Shown piece by piece: positions 55,354 to 64,000 of a stretch of DNA of 64,000 nucleotides. The notes under the pieces are model-generated. The model saw only the letters and a list, made by a program, of their open reading frames with translations. It was not told the origin of the DNA and made no database searches. Origin of the DNA: an uncultured Poribacteria bacterium (lineage in GTDB: Bacteria; Poribacteria; WGA-4E; WGA-3G). The translations under genes and the position numbers were made by a program. How positions within the stretch are numbered: position 1 is the stretch's first letter; every line of letters starts with the position of its first letter. Location: contig CATQHZ020000001.1 of the NCBI GenBank assembly GCA_958296135.2, positions 1,792,001 to 1,856,000 on the forward strand, read 5' to 3'.

Positions 55354-58284
55354 CTATTCCCGGTGCGGGCGCGGATTAATCGCCAAATTGAGCGGCAAGA
55401 GGAACAAGGTGAAACTAAACAGAAGCGTCCATTGCCACTCCCATTTCAACGGTGTCAGCCCTATAAGTTCGCTGATAGGTGTGACATAGAGCGCGGCGAG
55501 GTGAAGCCCGATAATGACAAGGAAGATTATGAGCAGTCTTGTGTTAGCGAACATCCGCTGAAAAAGCGACTCCCATGGATACCGTAGGGCCTGCCAGCAT
55601 GTTGCTAATTGGGTGAAAATCAGCATAGTAGCAACCATCGTGCGAGCAATTGCCACTTCCGAATCCTCTAAATCTGAACGCCACAGCATAAAGAAAAACG
55701 GAATCAGTGACATCAAACTGATAGTTACGCCGCGGCAAACGATGTCTAATCCGGCGATTTTCGGCAGAAATCGCGAGACAGAGAACATGGCGGGCCGGTG
55801 GTACTTTTCATCGGCGAATATCTGTTCGCATCCGGCACCGAAGGTGGGAAACAGACTGACGAGCAGTTGCACCCACGCAACCTGGGGGAACGTCAGCGGC
55901 ATCGGCAGGTGATAGACATAGTGCAGAATTGTGCCAAAAACGAGGGTGAGCGGCAGTGCCAGCGTGCACGAAAGCCCCCACCGTATTGAGCCAGCCAAGT
56001 TTTGGTAAGCCTCGCGCGCGTGAAGCAGGCCGTCCCGCACCGCACGGAAGCCTCTTTTCAGAATGAGCCCATCGCTCTGGGCTTGTGCTATGTCTGAGGC
56101 ATCTTGTCTGTTTGCAAAAGCGATATCCGCAGCCATCATAGCGCGAAGATCTGTGCCGGATTCCCCTAAAAAACCGACGGTATGCCCGTGGCGTTTCAGC
56201 CCGAAAACAATGCCGCGCCGCTGTTCCCGGTTCGGCTGTGAATAGGCTAGACACTTGCGCACCTTCTCGTCCAATGCCTCACGAGAAAGCGAGTCAAGCA
56301 CTTCTCTGGACGCAACCGCCTTTCCGGTGTGAATCAGACCGAGGGCTTTCGCCAGCACGCCTGTTTGTTGTTCATCGCGCTCGGTGATGAGGATGATTTT
56401 GAGCCCGGTGTCAAGGCTGGATTTGACAACCGCTTTCGTTTCCTCGTCATCGCTGACAGAAAAAGCGATGAAGCCTAGGAACGTTGAACCTGCCGCCATA
56501 TCCTGCGGCGTGAGCATCACTTCCGAAGATTGCGACGCGACCCCGTAAACATCGCCTAGAGCCCTTTGCGAGGACAGGCTCTGGAGGTAGGCAAGTGCAT
56601 CCCGATACTGATGATACCGTTCGTCTTGCAAGTGTATCACCTCACCTTGCGTGAGCGTGAAGTCACACACATCCAACACTTTTTGTGCCTCCCCAAAGAT
56701 GATATTCAAGTAGTTTTCATCGCCGGACTCAAGCACGCCCATCTGATACCCGTAGCGAGATGTCCACGGGTACTCATTGACAAGCGGGAGATTCGCTTTT
56801 AAATCCTTCAGTTCATAGCCGAGCCGCTGTAGCTGCTTTTGGAGAACTCGCCGGGGCGATGTGTCTTCATCGCTCCTTTTGCCGAGTTGATGCCGTTTCC
56901 CTGACACGCCGAGTGCTGCTGTCAATACCAATCCTGCAGCACTCGGCGGAATTTGGCTATGATGGCCCGCAGCCTGAATTGCGTTGACAGCTTGTTTCTT
57001 TTCTTCAACCGATAGGTTCTGAAGGGAGCGCAGCCACGCATTCCAAGTTGTTTCCTCAACGAGTTGTTCATCAACGAACATATAAGAGAGCGCGAGGGCA
57101 CGGGTGGTAGAAAGGCCCTTCTCATTTGCACAAAAAGTTGTGATACGGCTCAATTTTTCAAGGGAACGCGGATTGCGAAGGGCCACCCCTTTTTTCAGCA
57201 ATTCTCTGGCGTGTTGCGAGAAATTCAATCGAATCAGGGAAACGGCATCTTGCGGCGCAGCGGCGAGAATGAAGAGGACACCGAGGTGCAGCAGCGCAAA
57301 CCAGTCTTTCCCCTGGTCTTCGGCATCAACCCACCACGCTATCGCGACAACTAATCCCGCGACACATACGCCGGCTATTTTGATGAGGTTGTGCAGGAAT
57401 TTCAGTTCGCCTTCTGCGTAAGTCGTCGCGTCCGGGGTTGGCCGTGCGTTTGGACGTTGCTTCCAAAATTCAGTCTGTTTTCCTATCTGCACGACAATCG
57501 CTTGCCCACTGCCCACCTCCACGTAGGTTCCGGCAAATACCATGTTTTTCTGTTTTTCGGGAGGGATAGATGTTGCAGCACCTTCGCCGCCTGCAGGTTC
57601 GTCCGAAAGGGTATCACTTGTCTTTTGCACGGGGTCCTCTGTGCCGAATAGCCCAGCTTCGTCAATCAGGAGTCCATCAGCTTCAACGATTCTGGCATCA
57701 GCCGGAATGTAGTCACCGGTGCTAACCGAGATTAAGTCACCCGGGACAATGTCCTGCGGCGGACACTTTTCGAGCTTGCCTTGCCGGATAACTTGGACGC
57801 TGAGCCCTAAATGCTCATGAATCTGCTCTTCTCGGCGCCGGATGCAGTATTCGGAGAAGCACGCCCATCCGATATGCAAAATGAGCATCGCGCCGAGGAC
57901 ACCCGCGGCGGTTTTTGCCTGCGGGGCAGCGACAAGTGAAAGTTCTGGCCTAATGAAGGGGACAATTAAGACAGCAGTTGCCACGGCAAACACCAACACT
58001 CGCCAGCTCAGCATCGATTTCAAAAAGGCGGCGAACTGTCCCGTTTTTTGCGTCGCCCCCAGTTCGTTTTTGCCGTGTCGCGCGCGCGCCTTTTGCAAGG
58101 CATCAAGACTCAACCCTTGTTCCAAGTCGCTGTTAAATTGATTCAATATTGATGAAATGCCATTCGCGTAAAACTTTGACATCGGTTTTTCGTGTTCTTC
58201 TGTTTTTCGCAATGCGTTGTTCAGCCGCTTTTGTGCTGCCAACCTTGTCTCACTAAGCCGCATCGTCGTTGGCGATGTTTGCAT
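55354..58284 (-). CDS. P-type (IIA/IIC-like) ATPase homologue lacking catalytic motifs
   Basis: Topology, HGKNEL, VPGD..GDYIPADAR and FAGT are retained; DKTGT, TGES, TGD and GDGxND are replaced. The start may be MSKF at 58182. Confidence 0.85.
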   Translation of the reverse strand: MQTSPTTMRLSETRLAAQKRLNNALRKTEEHEKPMSKFYANGISSILNQFNSDLEQGLSLDALQKARARHGKNELGATQKTGQFAAFLKSMLSWRVLVFAVATAVLIVPFIRPELSLVAAPQAKTAAGVLGAMLILHIGWACFSEYCIRRREEQIHEHLGLSVQVIRQGKLEKCPPQDIVPGDLISVSTGDYIPADARIVEADGLLIDEAGLFGTEDPVQKTSDTLSDEPAGGEGAATSIPPEKQKNMVFAGTYVEVGSGQAIVVQIGKQTEFWKQRPNARPTPDATTYAEGELKFLHNLIKIAGVCVAGLVVAIAWWVDAEDQGKDWFALLHLGVLFILAAAPQDAVSLIRLNFSQHARELLKKGVALRNPRSLEKLSRITTFCANEKGLSTTRALALSYMFVDEQLVEETTWNAWLRSLQNLSVEEKKQAVNAIQAAGHHSQIPPSAAGLVLTAALGVSGKRHQLGKRSDEDTSPRRVLQKQLQRLGYELKDLKANLPLVNEYPWTSRYGYQMGVLESGDENYLNIIFGEAQKVLDVCDFTLTQGEVIHLQDERYHQYRDALAYLQSLSSQRALGDVYGVASQSSEVMLTPQDMAAGSTFLGFIAFSVSDDEETKAVVKSSLDTGLKIILITERDEQQTGVLAKALGLIHTGKAVASREVLDSLSREALDEKVRKCLAYSQPNREQRRGIVFGLKRHGHTVGFLGESGTDLRAMMAADIAFANRQDASDIAQAQSDGLILKRGFRAVRDGLLHAREAYQNLAGSIRWGLSCTLALPLTLVFGTILHYVYHLPMPLTFPQVAWVQLLVSLFPTFGAGCEQIFADEKYHRPAMFSVSRFLPKIAGLDIVCRGVTISLMSLIPFFFMLWRSDLEDSEVAIARTMVATMLIFTQLATCWQALRYPWESLFQRMFANTRLLIIFLVIIGLHLAALYVTPISELIGLTPLKWEWQWTLLFSFTLFLLPLNLAINPRPHRE
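58197..58228 (-). repeat. Element 3' end at the 5' end of the P-type ATPase-like gene
   Basis: Minus strand GCGGCTGAACAACGCATTGCGAAAAACAGAAG. Confidence 0.65.
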
Positions 58285-58293
58285 ATGCCTCTA

Positions 58294-59214
58294 TCATTCA
58301 GAAGATATGATTGCGGCCCCTCGGGTATCCGGATCCAGAATTTTCATCTCGCATTGAATGTGATGGTTTTTGAAAGCGGCCTGCATCTCTTGCGCAATTT
58401 GTGGTGCGAGTTGTCTGTAACAATATGCTGCCAAGGTCGGTCCTGCGCCACTCAGTGCGACGCTGAAAGCACCGGCATCCACAGCCGCTGCCGCTACCTC
58501 ATCAAACCCGGGAATCAACGTGGCACGGTAGGGCTGATGCAACCGGTCTTTCATCGCAACCTCTAACAAGCTTAACTTTCCGGTGGCGATGGCGGCGACT
58601 AACATCGAACTGCGACTGGTATTGTAAATCGCGTCAGCAAGTGCCACTGTGGTAGGCAGCACGCTGCGCGCCTGTTGCGTAGAAAGTGTGAAGTTTGGAA
58701 TCGCTAGCACCACAGCAAGTTCCTCCGGGCACTGCAACTGAATTGTGTAGACATGCCCGGCTTCCTGTGTACAGACAACCAGGCCGCCGTGCAAAGAAGC
58801 CGCAACGTTATCTGGGTGCCCCTCCAGTTCTGTTGCGAAGTTGAGCAGTGTCTGCAAAGGAAACGCTGTGGCGCACAATTCATTCGCTGTTAGCAAGCCG
58901 CCGAGGATGGCTGTGCCGCTGCCGCCCAACCCGCGAATCGCGGGGATGCCGTTGTCTATTGACAATCTCAAGCCTGGCGGGATTTCCGTGCCGCTCCGTT
59001 TGAAAACCAGTGCCGCCGCTTGAAACGCGAGGTGCTCGGTGGTGCTCGGGATTTTATCAGCGTCAACTCCCGTGACAACTACCTCAACACCGGGCGTTTC
59101 TGTCACTTCCAGCGTTACTGTGCTATAGAGTTTCAACGCGAGCCCGAGCACATCAAAGCCAGGGCCAAGGTTGGTTGTGCTGGCTGGCATACGTGCTACC
59201 GCTTTACGTGACAT
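58294..59214 (-). CDS. thrB: Homoserine kinase
   Basis: PASTTNLGPGFD, RGLGGSG, EGHPDN, DRLHQPYR, LSGAGPT. Confidence 0.95.
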   Translation of the reverse strand: MSRKAVARMPASTTNLGPGFDVLGLALKLYSTVTLEVTETPGVEVVVTGVDADKIPSTTEHLAFQAAALVFKRSGTEIPPGLRLSIDNGIPAIRGLGGSGTAILGGLLTANELCATAFPLQTLLNFATELEGHPDNVAASLHGGLVVCTQEAGHVYTIQLQCPEELAVVLAIPNFTLSTQQARSVLPTTVALADAIYNTSRSSMLVAAIATGKLSLLEVAMKDRLHQPYRATLIPGFDEVAAAAVDAGAFSVALSGAGPTLAAYCYRQLAPQIAQEMQAAFKNHHIQCEMKILDPDTRGAAIISSE

Positions 59215-59304
59215 AGAAAGTTCCTTGAGCACTGGTAGGCGCGCAATTGGAAAACCGCTCGGTGCAAATCGCGCCTACCGGGTTCATCTTGCGTCAATTT
59301 TGTG

Positions 59305-60477
59305 CTACAACTTCGCAATAGCCGTTTCCATTCGGCCGAGTGCCTCTTGTATGTTCTCCAACGAATTTGCATACGAGAGTCGAAGGTAGCCATCGCCATA
59401 TTTACCGAAGGATGTGCCAGGCAACAGCGCGACACCGGCTTCATCCATCAGATAATCGGCGAGGGGCTCACACCCCATGGGCAGCTGCGTCACGTTCGGG
59501 AACACATAGAACGCGCCAAGCGGCTGGATACAACTGACACCTTCAAGCGCGTTCAATCCGCCCACGATGCCGTCCCGCCGTCGCTGAAATTCGGCTACCA
59601 TCTCCGTGACAGAGTCTTGCGGGCCCGTCAGTGCCTCTATACCAGCGATTTGCGTAAACGTGGCGGTGCAAGAATTCGAGTTAATCGTCAACCGCGTAAT
59701 TTTGTCTGCAATCGCCTGTGGGGCGATGCCGTAGCCCAACCGCCATCCCGTCATCGCGTACGTCTTTGAGTGCCCTTCGATGAGGATAGTCCGCTCCTTC
59801 ATACCGGGGAGGCTGAGAATACTCAGATGCGTACCTTCGTAAAGGATGCGCGAGTAGACCTCATCAGTAAGCACATAAAAATTGTGTTTCTGCGCGAGTT
59901 CGGCGATGGCCCCGAGGTCTTCCGCCGTGAGCGTGCCGCCGGTCGGATTCTGTGGTGAGTTGAGAATCAGGAGTTTTGTGCGCGTAGAGATGGCCGCCTC
60001 GAGGTCTTCGATGCGGAAGCGGAAACCGACTTCCTCGCGCAGCAGCAGCGGCACCGCTTTTCCACCAATGAAATCAATGACAGATTCGTAGACAGGGAAG
60101 CCGGGTTCGGGATAGATAACCTCATCGCCTTCGTCAATCAGGGCCAAAATGGTGAAGAAGATGATAGGCTTCGCACCGGGGGTGACGGTGACTTCATCGG
60201 GGTGGATAGTCACGCCGCGTGTGTCCGTGATGTGCTGCGCGACAACCTCGCGAAATTCGGGCAAACCTGCGGAAGGACCGTAGCCGGTCTGGCCGTCCTT
60301 CATTGCCTTAAATGCCGCCTCACAGATATTCATGGGTGTCGGGAAATCCGGTTGCCCGATTTCAAGGTGAATGATGTCTCTACCTTGCGCCTCTAACCCT
60401 TTGGCTTTCGCGAGTACCTCGAATGCAGACTCGGTTCCCAGGCGACTCATCCGCTCAGCGAATGTGTGTGTTTCCAA
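59305..60477 (-). CDS. PLP-dependent aminotransferase class I/II (aspartate aminotransferase-like)
   Basis: GQPDF, NSPQNPTG, DEVY, SKTYAMTGWRLG; TTG start after AGGAG. Confidence 0.93.
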   Translation of the reverse strand: METHTFAERMSRLGTESAFEVLAKAKGLEAQGRDIIHLEIGQPDFPTPMNICEAAFKAMKDGQTGYGPSAGLPEFREVVAQHITDTRGVTIHPDEVTVTPGAKPIIFFTILALIDEGDEVIYPEPGFPVYESVIDFIGGKAVPLLLREEVGFRFRIEDLEAAISTRTKLLILNSPQNPTGGTLTAEDLGAIAELAQKHNFYVLTDEVYSRILYEGTHLSILSLPGMKERTILIEGHSKTYAMTGWRLGYGIAPQAIADKITRLTINSNSCTATFTQIAGIEALTGPQDSVTEMVAEFQRRRDGIVGGLNALEGVSCIQPLGAFYVFPNVTQLPMGCEPLADYLMDEAGVALLPGTSFGKYGDGYLRLSYANSLENIQEALGRMETAIAKL

Positions 60478-60496
60478 AATGGTGTCTCCTAACGAA

Positions 60497-60581
60497 TTTT
60501 TGTTATTCCTAGCGGTGGTTCAGCTGCGACTGTGCAGAGAACGTTGGTTTACCGGCCCGTCTTGACTTTGTCAAGACTTGC
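60497..60581 (-). repeat. Most complete uninterrupted ~85-nt element
   Basis: Minus strand CAAGTCTTGACAAAGTCAAGACGGGCCGGTAAACCAACGTTCTCTGCACAGTCGCAGCTGAACCACCGCTAGGAATAACAAAAA. Confidence 0.9.
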
Positions 60582-60606
60582 CAGCTTGCCAAGAAGATGC
60601 CAATCC

Positions 60607-60635
60607 GGTAGGCGCGCGTTCAAAGCGTGCCCACC
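60607..60635 (+). repeat. GTAG-type REP family R2 (representative copy)
   Basis: GGTAGGCGCGCGTTCAAAGCGTGCCCACC; related copies at 6549, 15996, 20773, 55283 and 59234. Confidence 0.8.
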
Positions 60636-60650
60636 GAAAATGAAGTCCTG

Positions 60651-61748
60651 TTAATCTGCCTGTAAGATGGCTCCGGTGGAGCCGGCTAGCCACACGTTTC
60701 GTCCATCCAGCACAAAAACTTTGACGAGTTTCTCCTTGGAGTCTTCAACTTCCCACGTTTCGCCACCGTCAGTGGTGCGTAGAATGGCCCCGACACCGAA
60801 GTCGCCGCCGACGGCCCAGCCATTCATTTCATCGGCGAATCCAACGCTTCTAAGCGTTTCTTCGGTGCCGCTGGTTTGCGGTTTCCACGTTTCGCCGCCG
60901 TTGTTGGTGTGGAGGATAGTGCCGTTCTCGCCGACGGCCCAGCCGAGTGAGGCATTGAGGAAGAAAATATCCTCAAGGATGTCTTCTCTTCCGGTCTCTT
61001 GCGTCACCCAGGTTTCTGCGCCATCGGTTGTTTTCTGGATGAGAGCACTCTGTCCCTGTGTGCTCGGGCTGACGCGCACCCCGGCAGCCCAGCCAGTGTC
61101 TTCGTCAAGGAACTGCAGCGCGTTATACATGTTGGCATCATCGTCGCCAACCGCGCCCACCTGTCCGCCTTGTAGCACCTTCCATGAGCGGCCGCCGTTT
61201 TTGGTGGAGAGAATGGTGTCGCTTTCGCCGACAGCGTATCCGACATCTTTGTTGACAAAGTAGATGCCTTTCAATCCGTTGCCAACCTTACTTGTCTGCA
61301 TTTCCCAATCTGCGCCGTTTTGGGTGGCCGCTATTGCGCCCTTCGCGCCGACGGCCCAGCCGTGTTTCTCATCTAAGAAGTAGACTTCGGCGAGGTCCGC
61401 GCTGATTTTAATCTCGGATTTTTGCCACGTTTTGCCGCCATCCGTGGAATACCCGATGAAGCCGGGGTTTTCAAAATCTTCAAACGAGGCGGCACCGACT
61501 ACCCAGCCAGTATTCTTGTTCGTAAAGGTGATAGACATATAGTCCCGAACTTCCGGATCTCGTACTTGTAAGACGGTCCAACCGGCTGCGGCAGGTAAGG
61601 AAATTACCACGGTGCAGGCGATGGCCAAGCCCATAAAGATTACAGCGAGTGGGCATGCTATAAACATTTCGTGCATAACGGCACTGTGAATGGATTTGAA
61701 TTTGTTCACTGTTATCGTGTCTCCTTTGTTGTTCAAGTGGTTTCCCAC
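60651..61748 (-). CDS. YCF48-related beta-propeller (BNR/Asp-box repeats)
   Basis: Repeated GWAVG..T-x-DGG-x-TW units. Start uncertain, probably downstream of the track start. Confidence 0.85.
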   Translation of the reverse strand: MGNHLNNKGDTITVNKFKSIHSAVMHEMFIACPLAVIFMGLAIACTVVISLPAAAGWTVLQVRDPEVRDYMSITFTNKNTGWVVGAASFEDFENPGFIGYSTDGGKTWQKSEIKISADLAEVYFLDEKHGWAVGAKGAIAATQNGADWEMQTSKVGNGLKGIYFVNKDVGYAVGESDTILSTKNGGRSWKVLQGGQVGAVGDDDANMYNALQFLDEDTGWAAGVRVSPSTQGQSALIQKTTDGAETWVTQETGREDILEDIFFLNASLGWAVGENGTILHTNNGGETWKPQTSGTEETLRSVGFADEMNGWAVGGDFGVGAILRTTDGGETWEVEDSKEKLVKVFVLDGRNVWLAGSTGAILQAD

Positions 61749-61828
61749 GTTATGAGCCCGGTTAAGGGCGAGAGGTTTCTAGCCATTTTGGCAAGTATCG
61801 CATTAATGCAAAATTAAGTCAACAATTT

Positions 61829-63232
61829 TTACTTTGCAACAATTACGGTGCCTGTTTTGAAACTTTCGCCTATCTGGAGTTGATAGACATACACGCCGCT
61901 TTCCACGATTTCGCCTGCTTCGTCCGTGCCATCCCAGCTGAGTTCCGTTTCGCCGAGTGGCGCGGTTAGCGTTTTCACAAGCATGCCATCAATGTTAAAA
62001 ATCAGCACCATGAATTCGCCTTGTAGCGTGCTGCTTGCCAGTGCGTCTGCAAGCGCGCGAGCCGGAAATATCACGCGGTTGAAGTCTTCGTTCGGCGAGA
62101 GCGGCGTGAACGGGTTCGGATAGGGTTCATCCAATATCCGCAGGATTTCTTGTAGGGGTGCAGAGCGGTTCTTAGCCTCGTCAATCGCTTCAATTGTGTA
62201 AACGAAACTGCCTACCTCTAACGGACGCACATCCACAAATTTATATGTGCCTATGGATGCCTCCACATCTCTATTAACCAGCGGACTGAGCGAAGCCGGT
62301 GACGAACCGAAGAAAAGCTGATACTGCATAACGTCGCGGCTGACGCTCGGTGTCCACGTGAGTTCAATGCCCTCGTTCAGCGCAACGATGTGAAATGTCG
62401 CAGGTGGCTGCGGGGCCGCGGTATCTTCCGAGACGTTCACCGTCTGAACAGCGGAACGTTCCGAACGGAGCTGCAGCGTTTTGTAAGACGCAATCTGATA
62501 GGTATGGCTTCCCGGGACAACGTTCACATCGCGATACGTGGTTGAGGACGCGTTTTCAACGTTGATAGGCGGTTCCCTATTTCCATCCCGATAGATGAGA
62601 TAGCCGTTGACATCCGGGTCTGTCGACTTTTGCCAGCGTAGCGTTACGTCGTTCTCGCCGTCTGCATCGGCCGCGGCGGTAAACCCGTTCACTGGTGCTG
62701 GCGGCACATTTGGAATCACTTGTAAGGTGAAATCGTCGTTGTTGAGTTTTCCATCTGCTTGCCCGGAGCGGATAAATTCGCCGATGGGGCCGTCTTGCAG
62801 ATTTCGGAGGCGCGCGCGGAACGTTGCCTCCAACCTCACAGTATTCGGGGTTCGACAGTCAAACCGGATGTCATAGACAGAATTCTGAAGATCGATGATG
62901 ACATCCGCGAGTTCAACGCGCAGCTGGTTACTCGATACCACGGCCCGCGCCACAATGCTGCTGCCATCGCGCGTGATGCCTTTAAAATCGGCCGAGCGTG
63001 TTAAGAAGCCGGGCGGCAACGCAATTTCAATCGTCTTAATTTCTTCACCCGGCTCCGCTAACGAACGATCGATGCTGAGCGTGACAAGGAGCGGCACGGT
63101 TGAACTCGCCGGCACAACGCCTTGAGTCTCCCCCTCAACGTTAATCTCACCGACAGATGTAACCGCGCCGTAACTGTTCACGGCAATGAGCAAATTACTG
63201 ATGAGTATCAACACGAAGTGTATCTTATCCAT
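61829..63232 (-). CDS. Secreted fibronectin-III protein with C-terminal FlgD-Ig/T9SS-like sorting domain
   Basis: Signal MDKIHF, two FN3-like units, PYPNPF..IFNIDG..WDGTDEAG..SGVYVY. Confidence 0.8.
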   Translation of the reverse strand: MDKIHFVLILISNLLIAVNSYGAVTSVGEINVEGETQGVVPASSTVPLLVTLSIDRSLAEPGEEIKTIEIALPPGFLTRSADFKGITRDGSSIVARAVVSSNQLRVELADVIIDLQNSVYDIRFDCRTPNTVRLEATFRARLRNLQDGPIGEFIRSGQADGKLNNDDFTLQVIPNVPPAPVNGFTAAADADGENDVTLRWQKSTDPDVNGYLIYRDGNREPPINVENASSTTYRDVNVVPGSHTYQIASYKTLQLRSERSAVQTVNVSEDTAAPQPPATFHIVALNEGIELTWTPSVSRDVMQYQLFFGSSPASLSPLVNRDVEASIGTYKFVDVRPLEVGSFVYTIEAIDEAKNRSAPLQEILRILDEPYPNPFTPLSPNEDFNRVIFPARALADALASSTLQGEFMVLIFNIDGMLVKTLTAPLGETELSWDGTDEAGEIVESGVYVYQLQIGESFKTGTVIVAK

Positions 63233-63300
63233 AATACCTCTTTTTGTCTTCCCTACCCAAAAACTTTCCATGCCCGTAGCGCGAGGCGTTTTCCTTTCGT

Positions 63301-64000
63301 TTAGAAGCGCAAATTGACTGAGAACCGCTGCGTTGTGTTGTCCCGGAAAACGCCGGTGAGCAGTTGGAATCCGTAGTCCAATTGCAAATGGGTAGCACTT
63401 ATCGGAATTTTCACACTGGTGCCGAGGGAGACAGTTGAGGCGGAATCCACGCCGGTTTTCACGCCATAGCCGCCACGTGCGGCGACATTTTTTCCCAACC
63501 AGACCTCGGCACCGACGCGGACCTGGGTTTCGCCATCGCGCAGCGCGATTTCAAACGTGGCTAGACTCGATTTCAATATGTTGCTCACGGTCGCGCCTTG
63601 CGCGCTCATCGCGGCAATGGACTCAAGCCGATACGCTGCCCCCGCCCGAATATTGCGAGGCACCGAATCGGTGAAGGCTTCGGAGATGCTCATGTCCGCC
63701 GGAACGAGATTTTCTGCGGCAACCCCGATGCTCAGCCCGGTGACAGGTTTGGTAATTATTCCCACGTCTACCGAAATCGCCGAGGCAGAAGTTTGCGTGA
63801 AATAGGCGTTCCCCGCGACAAATTCGTTCGTTTCATCAAAGGTAGTGCTGAAACGTTTCAAGTTAACTCCGATGGAAAATTGCTTGAGGAACGCCTTGCC
63901 GTAAGAAAACAGCAGCGTCTGTTCTCGATAAATCTCTGAATCCTCAGCCAATATGCCGATATTCGCGCCGATAGAACCGAGCATCCCGATGGGAATAACA
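63301..64000 (-). CDS. PorV/PorQ-like outer-membrane beta-barrel (5' part outside the window)
   Basis: SYGK, IGVNLK, VDVG, GAEVW, RGGY, DYGF, terminal Phe. Confidence 0.7.
   Translation of the reverse strand, partial: VIPIGMLGSIGANIGILAEDSEIYREQTLLFSYGKAFLKQFSIGVNLKRFSTTFDETNEFVAGNAYFTQTSASAISVDVGIITKPVTGLSIGVAAENLVPADMSISEAFTDSVPRNIRAGAAYRLESIAAMSAQGATVSNILKSSLATFEIALRDGETQVRVGAEVWLGKNVAARGGYGVKTGVDSASTVSLGTSVKIPISATHLQLDYGFQLLTGVFRDNTTQRFSVNLRF

Noticed and set aside
60559-60577. Element palindrome as an FNR/CRP box or a sigma70 -35 promoter
   Set aside because: The spacing is TTGAC-N3-GTCAA rather than TTGAT-N4-ATCAA, the hexamer 17 nt downstream (TAAGTC/TAAACC) is a poor -10, and one copy swaps TTGAC to TTCAC.
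60497-60581. Element as a classical MITE
   Set aside because: The ends are not inverted repeats and no consistent target-site duplication is visible.

Overview
A gene-dense, moderately GC-rich bacterial window with about 45 CDS, mostly on the minus strand. The gene content suggests Candidatus Poribacteria or a relative (inference): LamG proteins ending in the 'KL(T/A)TTW(G/A)xxK' tail, Uma2 endonucleases, DUF1501, sulfatase, PhyH dioxygenase, Gfo/Idh/MocA paralogues and DUF6785. Housekeeping genes include mutL, rsmD, trxB, thrB, moaC, mobA and a HAL2-type nucleotidase that the ORF track misses. There are two stand-alone fused restriction-modification genes. I found no tRNA, rRNA, CRISPR array or transposase. 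The strongest unexplained signal is a dispersed ~85-nt element, hand consensus CAAGTCTTGACAACGTCAAGACGGCCTGSTAAGTCAACGTTCTCTGCACAGTCGCAGCTGAACAACCGCTAGGAACAACAAAAAATG, with about 19 full or partial copies. It has a 5' palindrome showing one compensatory base-pair swap, no terminal inverted repeats, and an A-rich 3' end whose AGGA...ATG sits at the start of several unrelated genes. It and four REP-like repeat families are also translated in frame inside many proteins (HAL2, GH36-like, MutL, MobA, Crp, cyclase). Other oddities are a full-length P-type ATPase lacking all catalytic motifs, a motif-altered family-4 UDG beside an R-M gene, and a near-identical tandem oxidoreductase pair. All alignments and translations outside the ORF track were done by eye.
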